A DNA stretch of 64,000 nt from Candidatus Eiseniibacteriota bacterium. Lineage in GTDB: Bacteria; Eisenbacteria; RBG-16-71-46; CAZAMP01. Position numbers and translations under genes: made by a program. Below, one piece after another: positions 40,734 to 49,920 of the stretch. The stretch's first letter is position 1. Every line of letters starts with the position of its first letter. The notes below the pieces were generated by a model. That model had not been told where the DNA came from, did no database searches, and worked only from the letters and a program-made list of their open reading frames with translations. Location: NCBI GenBank assembly GCA_965224245.1, contig OZ245046.1, positions 1,440,001 to 1,504,000 on the forward strand, read 5' to 3'.

Positions 40734-42583
40734 TGGCAAACCGGAACATCGATCCGTCGTCGATCCGATCGGTGCTCGCCACCGACTGCGGAAGTACGAC
40801 CACCAAGGCCATTCTGATCGAGCGCGTCGACGGCGAGTATCGTCAGACGGTTCGAGGCGAGGCGCCGACCACGGTGGAAGCGCCGTTCGAGGACGTGACC
40901 CGTGGCGTCCTGAACGCGATCAAGGAGCTCGAGGAGCTGGCGGGTCGGAGGTTCCTGGACGGCGAGACGATCATCACGCCGCAGAACGGCGACGAGGGCG
41001 TGGATCTGTACCTCTCCACGTCCTCGGCGGGCGGCGGTCTGCAGATGATGGTCACCGGCGTGGTGAAGGCCATGACCGGCGAGAGCGCCGAGCGAGCCGC
41101 ACTCGGAGCCGGCGCGATCGTCATGGACACGGTCGCGTCCAACGACGGGCGTCTGCCGCACGAGAAGATCCGCCTGATCCGAAACCTCCGTCCCGACATG
41201 ATCCTGCTCTCCGGCGGGGTGGACGGCGGCACCAAGACCCACGTCGTCGAGCTGGCGCAGCTCATCGGCGCCGCGGCCCCCAAGGCCCGCCTGGGCGCCG
41301 GCTACGAGCTTCCGGTCATCTTCGCCGGCAACCAGGACGCGCGCGGGGACGTCGAGGAGGAGCTGGGCGACAAGACCGCGCTCTCGGTCGTCGACAACAT
41401 CCGGCCCACGATGGAGCTCGAGAACCTGATGCCGGCGCGCCACGCGATCCATGACCTGTTCATGGAGCACGTGATGGCGCATGCGCCGGGCTACAAGACG
41501 CTCATGAGCTGGACCGACGCGCCCATCATGCCGACGCCGGCCGCCGTGGGCTCGATCATCCAGAAGGTGGCCGAGCAGCGTGACATCTCGGTGATCGGCG
41601 TCGACATCGGCGGGGCCACCACCGACGTGTTCAGCGTGTTCCAGGACACGTTCAACCGCACCGTGAGCGCGAACCTCGGCATGAGCTACTCGATCTCCAA
41701 CGTGCTCGCCGAGGCCGGGATCGACAACGTGATCCGATGGGTCCCCATCGACGACGTGGATGAGGCCGAGCTCCGGAACCGGATCAAGAACAAGATGATC
41801 CGCCCCACGACGATCCCGCAGGCCCTGAGCGAGCTCATGATCGAGCAGGCGATCGCGCGCGAGGCGCTCCGCCTGGCGTTCGAGCAGCACAAGAACCTCG
41901 CGGTGGGGCTGAAGGGCGTTCAGCAGGAGCGCACGATCTCCGACACGTTCGAGCAGTCGTCCACCGGCGCCACGCTGATCAACCTCCTGGATCTGGACCT
42001 GCTCGTCGGCTCGGGAGGCGTGCTCTCGCACGCGCCGCGGCGCCGGCAGTCGGCGGCGATGTTGCTGGATGCGTTCCTCCCCGAGGGCTTCACCACGCTG
42101 GCGGTGGACTCGATCTTCATGATGCCCCAGCTCGGCGTGCTGGCGCCGATTCACGGCGAAGCGGCCACGCAGGTGTTCGAGCGGGACTGCCTGATCATCC
42201 TGGGACCGAGCGTGGCGCCGATCGGCAACGCCAAGCCGGGCGAGAAGGTCATGGACGTCACGCTGGACGTGGAGGGGGGCGAGGCCATCCGCGAGACGAT
42301 CACCCACGGCCAGCTGAAGCTGATCCCGTTCGGGCTCGAGCAGTCCGGTCGGCTCACGGTCGAGCCCACCAAGAAGTTCGACATGGGCGCCGGGCGTGGC
42401 AAGCCCGCCAGTCGTCTGGTCAAGGGCGGCGTCGTCGGACTGATCCTCGACGGTCGCGGGCGCCGCCCGTTCACGATCCCGACCGCGCCCGCCGACCGCA
42501 TCGGCAAGCTCCAGGAGTGGTACGCGGCGCTCGATCTCTACCCGGCTCGCGACGCGGTCGCGGCCCAAGCGGCGCACGCGTAG
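40730..42583 (+). CDS. GlmL/MutL (glutamate mutase L-like) ASKHA-fold ATPase
   Basis: DCGSTTTK (phosphate 1), SSAGGGL, PDMILLSGGVDGG, MPTPAAV, DIGGATTDVFS (phosphate 2), RTV..NLGM, GSGGVL. Confidence 0.85.
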   Translation: MMANRNIDPSSIRSVLATDCGSTTTKAILIERVDGEYRQTVRGEAPTTVEAPFEDVTRGVLNAIKELEELAGRRFLDGETIITPQNGDEGVDLYLSTSSAGGGLQMMVTGVVKAMTGESAERAALGAGAIVMDTVASNDGRLPHEKIRLIRNLRPDMILLSGGVDGGTKTHVVELAQLIGAAAPKARLGAGYELPVIFAGNQDARGDVEEELGDKTALSVVDNIRPTMELENLMPARHAIHDLFMEHVMAHAPGYKTLMSWTDAPIMPTPAAVGSIIQKVAEQRDISVIGVDIGGATTDVFSVFQDTFNRTVSANLGMSYSISNVLAEAGIDNVIRWVPIDDVDEAELRNRIKNKMIRPTTIPQALSELMIEQAIAREALRLAFEQHKNLAVGLKGVQQERTISDTFEQSSTGATLINLLDLDLLVGSGGVLSHAPRRRQSAAMLLDAFLPEGFTTLAVDSIFMMPQLGVLAPIHGEAATQVFERDCLIILGPSVAPIGNAKPGEKVMDVTLDVEGGEAIRETITHGQLKLIPFGLEQSGRLTVEPTKKFDMGAGRGKPASRLVKGGVVGLILDGRGRRPFTIPTAPADRIGKLQEWYAALDLYPARDAVAAQAAHA

Positions 42584-42592
42584 GAGGGACCC

Positions 42593-43717
42593 ATGGCCAA
42601 CGTCTTCACCCCCGCGCTCAAGGTCACCCGGCGCACGCACGTCGCACGTGACCGGCGGCTTCCGCTGAAGGGAACCGTCGTCGTGGGCAACGGCGACCGC
42701 GTGAAGGCCGATCAGGTCGTCGCGCGCACCGAGCTCCCCGGCAACGTGCACATGGTCAACATCGCCGGCCTCCTGAACGTGCACCAGTCCGACGTGCCGT
42801 CGTTCATGCTGAAGGCCGTGGGCGACCCGGTCGAGAAGGACGAGAACATCGCGATGTCCAAGGGGCTCTTCGGCCTGTTCAAGAGCTACTGCAAGGCGCC
42901 GATCTCGGGAACGATCGAGTCGGTCTCCAACGTCACCGGCCAGGCGGTCTTGCGTGAGCCGCCGATGCCGGTCGAGGTGAACGCGTACGTCGACGGCGTG
43001 GTGACCGAGGTGATCCCCGACGAGGGCGTGGTCGTGGAGTGCGACGGTGCGTTCCTCCAGGGCATCTTCGGCATCGGGGGCGAGGTGCACGGAGCGATCG
43101 AGATCGTGGCGTCCTCGCCCGGTGAGGAGGTGTCGACCGATCAGATCACGCCCGCGATGGCCGGGAAGATCCTGGTCGTGGGCCGTCTGGCGTCGGTGGC
43201 GCTGCTCGAGCGCGCGGCCGAGGTGGGCGTGAGCGCCATCGTGGCCGGCGGCATCAACGCGCAGGACCTGAAGGAGTTCCTCGGATACGACCTGGGCGTG
43301 GCGATCACGGGCTCGGAGGAGAAGGGCATCACGCTGGTCACCACCGAGGGCTTCGGGCCGCTGGCCATCGCCGACAAGACGTTCGCGCTCCTGTCCGAGA
43401 ACGCCGGCCGGCCGGCCGCCGCCAACGGGGCCACCCAGATTCGTGCCGGCGTGATGCGTCCCGAGATCATCATCCCCGACAGCGCGGGCGAGGAGGTTCC
43501 CCGCACGTCGCAGCAGGGGGCCGGCATCGTCGTCGGGAGCCCGATCCGGATCATCCGGGCCCCCTACTTCGGTCAGCTGGCCGAGGTGACCGAGCTACCT
43601 CCCAAGCTGGAGAAGATGGAGAGCGAGACCCTGGTGCGCGTGCTGCGGGCGCGCATCGAGTCCGGTGAGACGGTGACTGTGCCGCGCGCCAACGTCGAGA
43701 TGATCGAGGAACGCTGA
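42593..43717 (+). CDS. Hypothetical protein with barrel-sandwich-hybrid repeats and C-terminal KOW/SH3-like domain
   Basis: GDRVKADQVVA, GDPVEKDENIA...KAPISGTI, AYVDGVV; TEGFG; GSPIRIIRAPYFGQLAEV. Confidence 0.7.
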   Translation: MANVFTPALKVTRRTHVARDRRLPLKGTVVVGNGDRVKADQVVARTELPGNVHMVNIAGLLNVHQSDVPSFMLKAVGDPVEKDENIAMSKGLFGLFKSYCKAPISGTIESVSNVTGQAVLREPPMPVEVNAYVDGVVTEVIPDEGVVVECDGAFLQGIFGIGGEVHGAIEIVASSPGEEVSTDQITPAMAGKILVVGRLASVALLERAAEVGVSAIVAGGINAQDLKEFLGYDLGVAITGSEEKGITLVTTEGFGPLAIADKTFALLSENAGRPAAANGATQIRAGVMRPEIIIPDSAGEEVPRTSQQGAGIVVGSPIRIIRAPYFGQLAEVTELPPKLEKMESETLVRVLRARIESGETVTVPRANVEMIEER

Positions 43718-43724
43718 GGGGCCC

Positions 43725-44510
43725 GTGGAGCCGAACACGTCGCCGTTCAACCCCGACCGCCTGAACGTCCTTCTGATCCTGGGCGTGTTCTTCGCCCTGG
43801 TGTTCGGGTACATCGCGCGTGCGGGCCGCGTGCGGCTGTTCCTGCGCAAGATCGCCGGGCTCGACGCGATCGAGGAGGCGGTGGGGCGCGCCACCGAGAT
43901 GGGCCGCTCGGTGCTCTACGTGCCGGGCATCGACGACGTGAACAACATCCAGACCATCTACTCGATGGTCATCCTCGGGCACGTGGCCCGCACGGTCGCC
44001 CAGTACGAGACGAAGCTGATCGTGCCCCTGGCGAAGGCGTTCGTGGTGCCGCTGGCTGAGGAGACGGTCCGCGCCAGCTACATGGACGCCGGCCGACCCG
44101 AGCTGTTCAATCCCGACGACATCCGCTACCTGTCCGACGAGCAGTTCGCGTTCACCGCCGGAGTGGACGGCATCATGCTGCGCGAGAAGCCCGCGGCCAA
44201 CCTGTACCTCGGGTCGTTCTTCGCCGAGAGCCTCGTCCTGGCCGAGACGGGCTTCTCCACCGGAGCGGTCCAGATCGCCGGCACGGCGAACATCCACCAG
44301 CTTCCATTCTTCGTGGTCGCCTGTGACTACACGCTCATCGGCGAGGAGTTCTTCGCGGCCACGGCGTATCTCTCTCGCGATCCGAAGGTCGTCGGCACGA
44401 TCAAGGGAACCGACGTGATGAAGCTCCTGATCATCGCCGCGATCGTGATCGGGGTCGTCCTGTCCACCGCGGGCAACACGAGCTTCGCCGCCTGGTTCCA
44501 GGTGCGCTAG
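43725..44510 (+). CDS. Membrane-anchored conserved protein (resembles DUF6754)
   Basis: RKIAGLDAIEEAVGRATEMGR, YLSDEQFAF, QLPFFVVACDYTLIGEEFFAA; N- and C-terminal TMs. Family name recalled, not searched. Confidence 0.7.
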   Translation: MEPNTSPFNPDRLNVLLILGVFFALVFGYIARAGRVRLFLRKIAGLDAIEEAVGRATEMGRSVLYVPGIDDVNNIQTIYSMVILGHVARTVAQYETKLIVPLAKAFVVPLAEETVRASYMDAGRPELFNPDDIRYLSDEQFAFTAGVDGIMLREKPAANLYLGSFFAESLVLAETGFSTGAVQIAGTANIHQLPFFVVACDYTLIGEEFFAATAYLSRDPKVVGTIKGTDVMKLLIIAAIVIGVVLSTAGNTSFAAWFQVR

Positions 44511-44519
44511 GGAGGACGC

Positions 44520-45158
44520 GTGCGCAAGGAAGTGCCGCTGTTCATCACGTTCCTGTTCGGCGCGTTCATGATCCTCGACTTCTTCGTGCCGCACCATCGC
44601 GTGACCATGATCGGCGAGATGTTCAAGCAGTGGACGGTCATCATCACCGCGTTCGCGTTCGTTCTCGGGGTGGCCAACCTGGCACGCATCAACCTCCACA
44701 AGCTGACCCGCCAGGGTAGCGACCGCTTCTACGCCGGTGTGCTCCTGTTCGGTCTGTTCGGCATGCTGGGCGCGGGGCTCATCGGCGGCATCGAGAGCGG
44801 CTCGTTCGCGTACGACCTCTTCGAGTACGTGTTCACGCCGATGCAGGCCACGATGTTCAGCCTGCTGGCGTTCTTCATCGCGTCGGCGGCGTTCCGCGCG
44901 TTTCGCGTCCGGAGCCTCGACGCGGGCCTGCTGGCCCTGACCGCGCTCCTGGTGATGATCGGGCGCGTGCCGGTGGGCGATCTCATCTCCGACCGCCTGC
45001 CGGAGTCCTGGCCGTCGATCTCGGCCGCGCAGGGCTGGATCATGAACGTGCCCAACCTGGCCGCGAAGCGGGCCATCCTGATCGGCGCCGCGCTCGGCGC
45101 GATCAGCACCGGGCTCAAGATCATCGTCGGCGTCGAGCGCAACTACCTGGGAGAGTGA
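44520..45158 (+). CDS. Polytopic membrane protein, unknown function
   Basis: About six TMs; PMQATMFSLLAFFIASAAFRAFR; RBS GGAGG. Confidence 0.75.
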   Translation: MRKEVPLFITFLFGAFMILDFFVPHHRVTMIGEMFKQWTVIITAFAFVLGVANLARINLHKLTRQGSDRFYAGVLLFGLFGMLGAGLIGGIESGSFAYDLFEYVFTPMQATMFSLLAFFIASAAFRAFRVRSLDAGLLALTALLVMIGRVPVGDLISDRLPESWPSISAAQGWIMNVPNLAAKRAILIGAALGAISTGLKIIVGVERNYLGE

Positions 45159-45997
45159 CGGTGGGTGTCGTCGATCGCATGCTGCGGCTGGATCGCCGGT
45201 GGATCTTCGCGGCGATGTGGCTCGCCGTGTCCATTCCGCTCTGGACGAAGCTCGAGATCGGCGTGCGTCCGTCGCCCGAGGTGAGGGCGTTCCACGAGGC
45301 GATCGAGCGTCTCCCCGAGGGGAGCGTGATCTACCTGGCCGCCGACCTCGATCCGGGCTCCCAGGCCGAGCTGGATCCGATGCTGCGGGTCGCAGTCGCG
45401 CACGCGTGCCGCAAGAACCTGAAGGTCATCGGGGCCGCTCTGTGGCCGGCCGCGCCGCCGATCCTGGAGCGGGCGTTCAACGAGATCGCGGTCGGCGAGT
45501 TCGGCAAGGAGTACGGACGGGACTTCGTGAACCTCGGGTTCAAGGAGGGTCGCGAGGCGGTCATGGTCATGGTGGCCGAGGACATCCGGGCCGCCTACCC
45601 GGCCGACTACTACCGCACGCCGCTGGATCAGATTCCGCTGATGGCCGACATCCGGGGCTTCGGAGACGTGGCGCTCCTGGTCAACATCTCGGCCGGCTAT
45701 CCGGGCACGAAGGAGTGGGTGCAGCAGGTGCAGGGCCGCTTCTCGGTCGACATGGTGTCGGGCTGCACGGCGGTCAGCGCGCCCGAGTACTACCCGTACG
45801 TTCAGGCGGGCCAGCTCGACGGGCTCCTGGGCGGGCTGGCCGGGGCGGCGGAGTACGAGACGCTGGCCGATCGGCTGGGTGAGGCGGCGCGCGGCATGAA
45901 CGCGCAGTCGCTCGGACACCTGGCGGTGGTGCTGTTCATCCTCGTGGGGAACGTGCTGCACGTACTCGGGCGACGTCGCGAGAAGGCGGTGGGCTGA
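45155..45997 (+). CDS. Membrane protein with extracytoplasmic alpha/beta domain, unknown function
   Basis: N- and C-terminal TMs; YGRDFVNLG, YPYVQAGQLDGLLGGLAGAAEYE. Confidence 0.75.
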   Translation: MTVGVVDRMLRLDRRWIFAAMWLAVSIPLWTKLEIGVRPSPEVRAFHEAIERLPEGSVIYLAADLDPGSQAELDPMLRVAVAHACRKNLKVIGAALWPAAPPILERAFNEIAVGEFGKEYGRDFVNLGFKEGREAVMVMVAEDIRAAYPADYYRTPLDQIPLMADIRGFGDVALLVNISAGYPGTKEWVQQVQGRFSVDMVSGCTAVSAPEYYPYVQAGQLDGLLGGLAGAAEYETLADRLGEAARGMNAQSLGHLAVVLFILVGNVLHVLGRRREKAVG

Positions 45998-46674
45998 TGG
46001 ACGTGACCACCACGACCGCGATCTGGACCACGATCGCCGGGCTGTTGACGCTGGCGATCTTCTCGTTCCTGTATCGCGACAACCCGGTCTACAAGTTCGC
46101 GGAGTATCTGTTCGTGGGCGTGGCGGCGGGGTGGTTCCTGTGCCAGCAGTTCTACACCGTCTTCCTGCCCAGCCTCTGGACGCCCTGGACCGAGGGGCTC
46201 GGGAGCCTCGGCGGGGGAGACGGCTCGCTCAGCGGGCTCTGGCTCACGTTCCCGTTCGTGCTCGGCATCTTCATGTTCACGCGTTTCGTCCCGCGCGTCT
46301 CGTGGCTCAGCCGTTGGCCGATGGCGCTGATGGTGGGTGCGTTCTCGGGGCTGGCCATCATCGGCTTCGCGCAGGGCGATCTCGTCACGCAGATCCAGGC
46401 CAGCATGGTCGATCTCGGCACCGGAGGGGCGGGAACGGTCATCTCCGAGGTGCTGCTCCTGATCGGGCTCCTGACCACGCTCGTCTACTTCTTCTTCTCC
46501 ACCGAGCACAGGGGCGCGATGGGGGCGATGTCGCGGGTCGGGATCGCCTTCCTGATGATCTCGTTCGGAGCGTCGTACGGCTTCACCGTCATGGCTCGCA
46601 TCTCGCTTCTGATCGGTCGACTGCTGTTCCTGTACGAGCGCTGGCCGGAATCGATCAGGGCGCTTCTGTCCTGA
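45997..46674 (+). CDS. Polytopic membrane protein, unknown function
   Basis: FSFLYRDNPVYKFAEYLFVG, LVYFFFS, MISFGASYGFTVMAR; about six TMs. Confidence 0.75.
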   Translation: MDVTTTTAIWTTIAGLLTLAIFSFLYRDNPVYKFAEYLFVGVAAGWFLCQQFYTVFLPSLWTPWTEGLGSLGGGDGSLSGLWLTFPFVLGIFMFTRFVPRVSWLSRWPMALMVGAFSGLAIIGFAQGDLVTQIQASMVDLGTGGAGTVISEVLLLIGLLTTLVYFFFSTEHRGAMGAMSRVGIAFLMISFGASYGFTVMARISLLIGRLLFLYERWPESIRALLS

Positions 46675-46825
46675 TCCGATGGTGAGGCCGATCACCCCCG
46701 ACGCCGATCATTCCGTCGAGGACCGGCGGAACCTCACGCATCGCCCGCGCGTTTCACGGCGTAGCACGGCCGCACGGCCGCACGGCGGGGTCGGCAGGGA
46801 GAGGATTCGAGCATGGAGAGACGCC

Positions 46826-47899
46826 TTGCCGATCGATGAGCTGACCTGGGACGGAGCCCCTCACGAGCCGCACGAGTTTCCCGAGCAATCCGCCGCCGAG
46901 CGACGCCGAGACCGCATGAAGGCGTGGCTCGCCCATCAGCCGCTGGTCCACCGGCTCCTCGACGTGGCGCTGGTGGGCGCGCTGCCCGGCATCGGGGCCT
47001 ACGCCCGCTTCTTCGCGCCGCACACGCTCGAGATCACCGAGCACATGGTGCCGGTGGTGGACCTGCCGCACGAGCTGGATGGTCTCAGGATCGCGCACCT
47101 GACCGACCTGCACGCCGGTCGCACGGTCCCCATCGACTTCCTGGCCCGCTGCATGGACGTGGTCGCCTCGTGCCGACCCGACGTGATCGCCGTCACCGGC
47201 GACTTCCTCCAGTGGGATGCCGGCTACGTCGACGTCGTGGCGGACGTCGTCGGCCGCCTCGACGCGCCGCTCGGCGTGTTCGCGGTGCTGGGCAATCACG
47301 ACTACGGCCTGAACAGCCCGCAGGGAATCCGGTTTCTCGACCACGCCACGGCACGCCTGGTATCCGCACTCGAGGGCCGCGGCGTGCGCGTGCTCCGGAA
47401 CGCGTTCGAGACCGTGCGGGTCGGCGCGAGCGCGCTCCACGTGGTCGGCGTCGAGGACCTGTGGAGCGGGGAGTGCGATGCGCAGGGGGCGTTCGCCCAG
47501 GTGCCCGACGAGGGGACGCGACTGTTCCTCTGCCACAATCCGGACGGCTACGGCTACCGAGATCGCCACCGCTTCGAGCTGATGCTCTCCGGTCACACGC
47601 ACGGGGCACAGGTTCGCGTGCCCGGCTCGCCGAGGGCCCTTCTGCCGGTGCGCGACACGCGACTCCTGGCGGGCTACTACGGCCGGCGCGGCGGGTGGGT
47701 GTACGTGAACCGGGGACTCGGCTACATCTGGCGCGTGCGACTGAACTCCGCGCCCGAGATCGCCTGTCACACGCTTCGCCGCGAGCTCGGTCCGGGGGAC
47801 CGGCCCGTCAGCTACCGGCGCCACCGCGAGCGCTGGCGAGGTGGACGACTCGATCGGCGGCCGATCCGACCGGGCACGAGCCCGGCCGCGCTGGCGTAG
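46826..47899 (+). CDS. Calcineurin-like metallophosphoesterase (YkuE/YaeI-like)
   Basis: DLH, GDF, GNHD, HNP, GHTHG, VNRGLG. Start uncertain (46679, 46826 or 46916). Confidence 0.85.
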   Translation: MPIDELTWDGAPHEPHEFPEQSAAERRRDRMKAWLAHQPLVHRLLDVALVGALPGIGAYARFFAPHTLEITEHMVPVVDLPHELDGLRIAHLTDLHAGRTVPIDFLARCMDVVASCRPDVIAVTGDFLQWDAGYVDVVADVVGRLDAPLGVFAVLGNHDYGLNSPQGIRFLDHATARLVSALEGRGVRVLRNAFETVRVGASALHVVGVEDLWSGECDAQGAFAQVPDEGTRLFLCHNPDGYGYRDRHRFELMLSGHTHGAQVRVPGSPRALLPVRDTRLLAGYYGRRGGWVYVNRGLGYIWRVRLNSAPEIACHTLRRELGPGDRPVSYRRHRERWRGGRLDRRPIRPGTSPAALA

Positions 47900-47961
47900 C
47901 CGGCGTGCCCGCTCCGTCGGAGCGTCACCGGCCGCCTCGGTCTGGCGCCCAGACGCCTCGC

Positions 47962-48180
47962 GTGAACGGGCGTGTCCGCTGGTTCGACGCCGTCCAGGGT
48001 GTCGGGGTGGCGGAGCTGCCGGATGGTGGACATCAGATCCATCTCTATTACAAAGAGATACGGCGCGAAGGTTACAGAGCTCTCGAACCGGGGGACGAGA
48101 TCTCGTTCTGGGTGGACGACTCGGTCGGCGGGCGCGTGGCGCGGGACATCCGCTGGGTACGATCTCTGCCGCGGGAGTGA
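47962..48180 (+). CDS. Divergent cold-shock domain protein
   Basis: VNGRVRWFDAVQGVG...IHLYYKEI...GYRALEPGDEISF...ARDI follows the CSD pattern. Confidence 0.7.
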   Translation: MNGRVRWFDAVQGVGVAELPDGGHQIHLYYKEIRREGYRALEPGDEISFWVDDSVGGRVARDIRWVRSLPRE

Positions 48181-48472
48181 TCTGGGCGATCTGGCCCACC
48201 GAGTGGGGCAAACCGCCCGGGCTCGGGACCGCTCCCGCCGCACCCGCGCGCCGGCCGGAGCGCGCGGCCGTCGGTCGCAACGCGTTCCCGCCCAATGGAC
48301 AAGCGCGAAACCGCCCGTCGGGCGCGCCGGTGGCCCCGGACTTGCGACCATCGTTCCGCGTCGGGGGCCCTGCGCCGGACGACATTCTCCGTGCTTCCAG
48401 CTGTCCCATCCGTGTCAGTATTCACGAGGCTCTGGAGACCGTCGGTTGCGGGGCACCTCCTTTCCCTCCACG

Positions 48473-49540
48473 ATGACGCGCGTCTCCTCGACATCTGCCT
48501 TCTTCGATCCCGTGAGGAACGCAACCGTGCCCGGCTCGTTCTCGCTCAGACCGCTCGAGCTCTCGACGCCCCTCGTTCTCGCCCCGATGGAGGACGTGAC
48601 GAGTGCCCCGTTCCGGGCGCTCTGTCGGCGGCACGGCGCGGACCTCGTGTTCACCGAGTTCATCAACGCGGGGATGCTCGTTCGCGGCACGCGCCGGAGC
48701 ACCGAGAAGCTGCGCCTGCGTCCCGACGAGCATCCGATCGGCGTGCAGATCTTCGGCGACGACCCCGACCGGATGGCCGAGGCGGCCCGGATGGCCGAGG
48801 CCGCGGGCGCGGACGTCGTGGACATCAACATCGGATGCCCGGTCCGCAAGATCGTGCGGAAGGGAGCGGGAGCGGCCTTGCTACGGGATCTCGCGCTGAC
48901 CGAGCGCATCGTGGCCGCGGTGCGGGCGGCGGTCGGCGTGCCTGTGACCGCGAAGGCGCGCATCGGGTGGGATCGGGGGGACGTGCGCATCCTCGACCTG
49001 GCCCGCCTCGCGGCCGACGGCGGCGTGGAGATGCTGACCGTTCACGCGCGAACGCGTGCCGAGGGCTACGACACGCCGGCCGACTGGTCGTGGATCGCGC
49101 GCGTCGTCCGCCATGTCCCGATCCCGGTGATCGGCAACGGCGACGTGCTGGCCGGGCCCGACGCGGCCCGACTCGTGGCCGAGACCGGCGCCGCCGGCGT
49201 CATGATCGGGCGGGGCGCAATCGGCAACCCGTGGATCTTCCGCGACGCGCGGGCGGCCCTCGACGGCGCGGCACCTCCGCCGCCGGTGACCACGCGTGAT
49301 CGCGTCGGGGCGGCGCTCGCGCATCTGGACGCGCTCGTCGCCGAGTTCGGGGAGTCCCGGGGCGTTCGACTCATGCGGCGTCAGATGGCCGCATATCTCC
49401 GGACCGAGGCCGGCTGGCCGGCGCTGCGCCGGGAGCTGTCGACGGCCGACTCCGTCACCCGGGTCCGGGAGATCGTGCTCGTCGTAGAGTCCGCGATACG
49501 ACCGCCGAGGCCTTCTCGCCATCAGAGTTCGAAGGTATGA
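48473..49540 (+). CDS. dusB: tRNA-dihydrouridine synthase
   Basis: LAPME, QIFG, DINIGCP, HARTR, GNGD, MIGRGAIGNPWIF. Confidence 0.9.
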   Translation: MTRVSSTSAFFDPVRNATVPGSFSLRPLELSTPLVLAPMEDVTSAPFRALCRRHGADLVFTEFINAGMLVRGTRRSTEKLRLRPDEHPIGVQIFGDDPDRMAEAARMAEAAGADVVDINIGCPVRKIVRKGAGAALLRDLALTERIVAAVRAAVGVPVTAKARIGWDRGDVRILDLARLAADGGVEMLTVHARTRAEGYDTPADWSWIARVVRHVPIPVIGNGDVLAGPDAARLVAETGAAGVMIGRGAIGNPWIFRDARAALDGAAPPPPVTTRDRVGAALAHLDALVAEFGESRGVRLMRRQMAAYLRTEAGWPALRRELSTADSVTRVREIVLVVESAIRPPRPSRHQSSKV

Positions 49541-49545
49541 TGGCA

Positions 49546-49920
49546 CTAGGCGCCGGCCACCAGGCCGATGACAGTCGCCACCTTCTTGACGGCGGCGGCG
49601 ATCTTCGCCGCGTTCTCCGCGGTGGTTGCCGTGCCACCGAGTATCTTGCCGAGACGCTGGAAAGCCGCCGTCATTCGCCCGGTCGTCGTGGCGTGGTCCT
49701 CGATGACCTCGAGCTCCTGCTCGACCGCTGCCATCTCGCCAGGGGACAGCGGCACACCAACCAGCGCGTGCCGAAGCTCCGCGAGATGCCGGGCCAACGA
49801 GTCGAAGTCGACCGAGTCGACAGTGGATTCCGCGTGCGCGTACGGTCCGAATGCGGCGTTTCCGATGGACACGTTTCCCCGGTTCGCGATGATCCCGTAG
49901 TTATCCCGATCGGACGACAT
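49546..49920 (-). CDS. Small protein: N-terminal Gly/Asn-rich motif plus helical domain
   Basis: NYGIIANRGNVSIGNAAFGPYAHA, then amphipathic helices; start lies within the 3' end of the upstream gene. Confidence 0.7.
   Translation of the reverse strand: MSSDRDNYGIIANRGNVSIGNAAFGPYAHAESTVDSVDFDSLARHLAELRHALVGVPLSPGEMAAVEQELEVIEDHATTTGRMTAAFQRLGKILGGTATTAENAAKIAAAVKKVATVIGLVAGA

Noticed and set aside
40730-42583. DNA mismatch repair MutL
   Set aside because: Name coincidence; the protein has ASKHA motifs of the glutamate-mutase-associated MutL/GlmL, not GHKL motifs.
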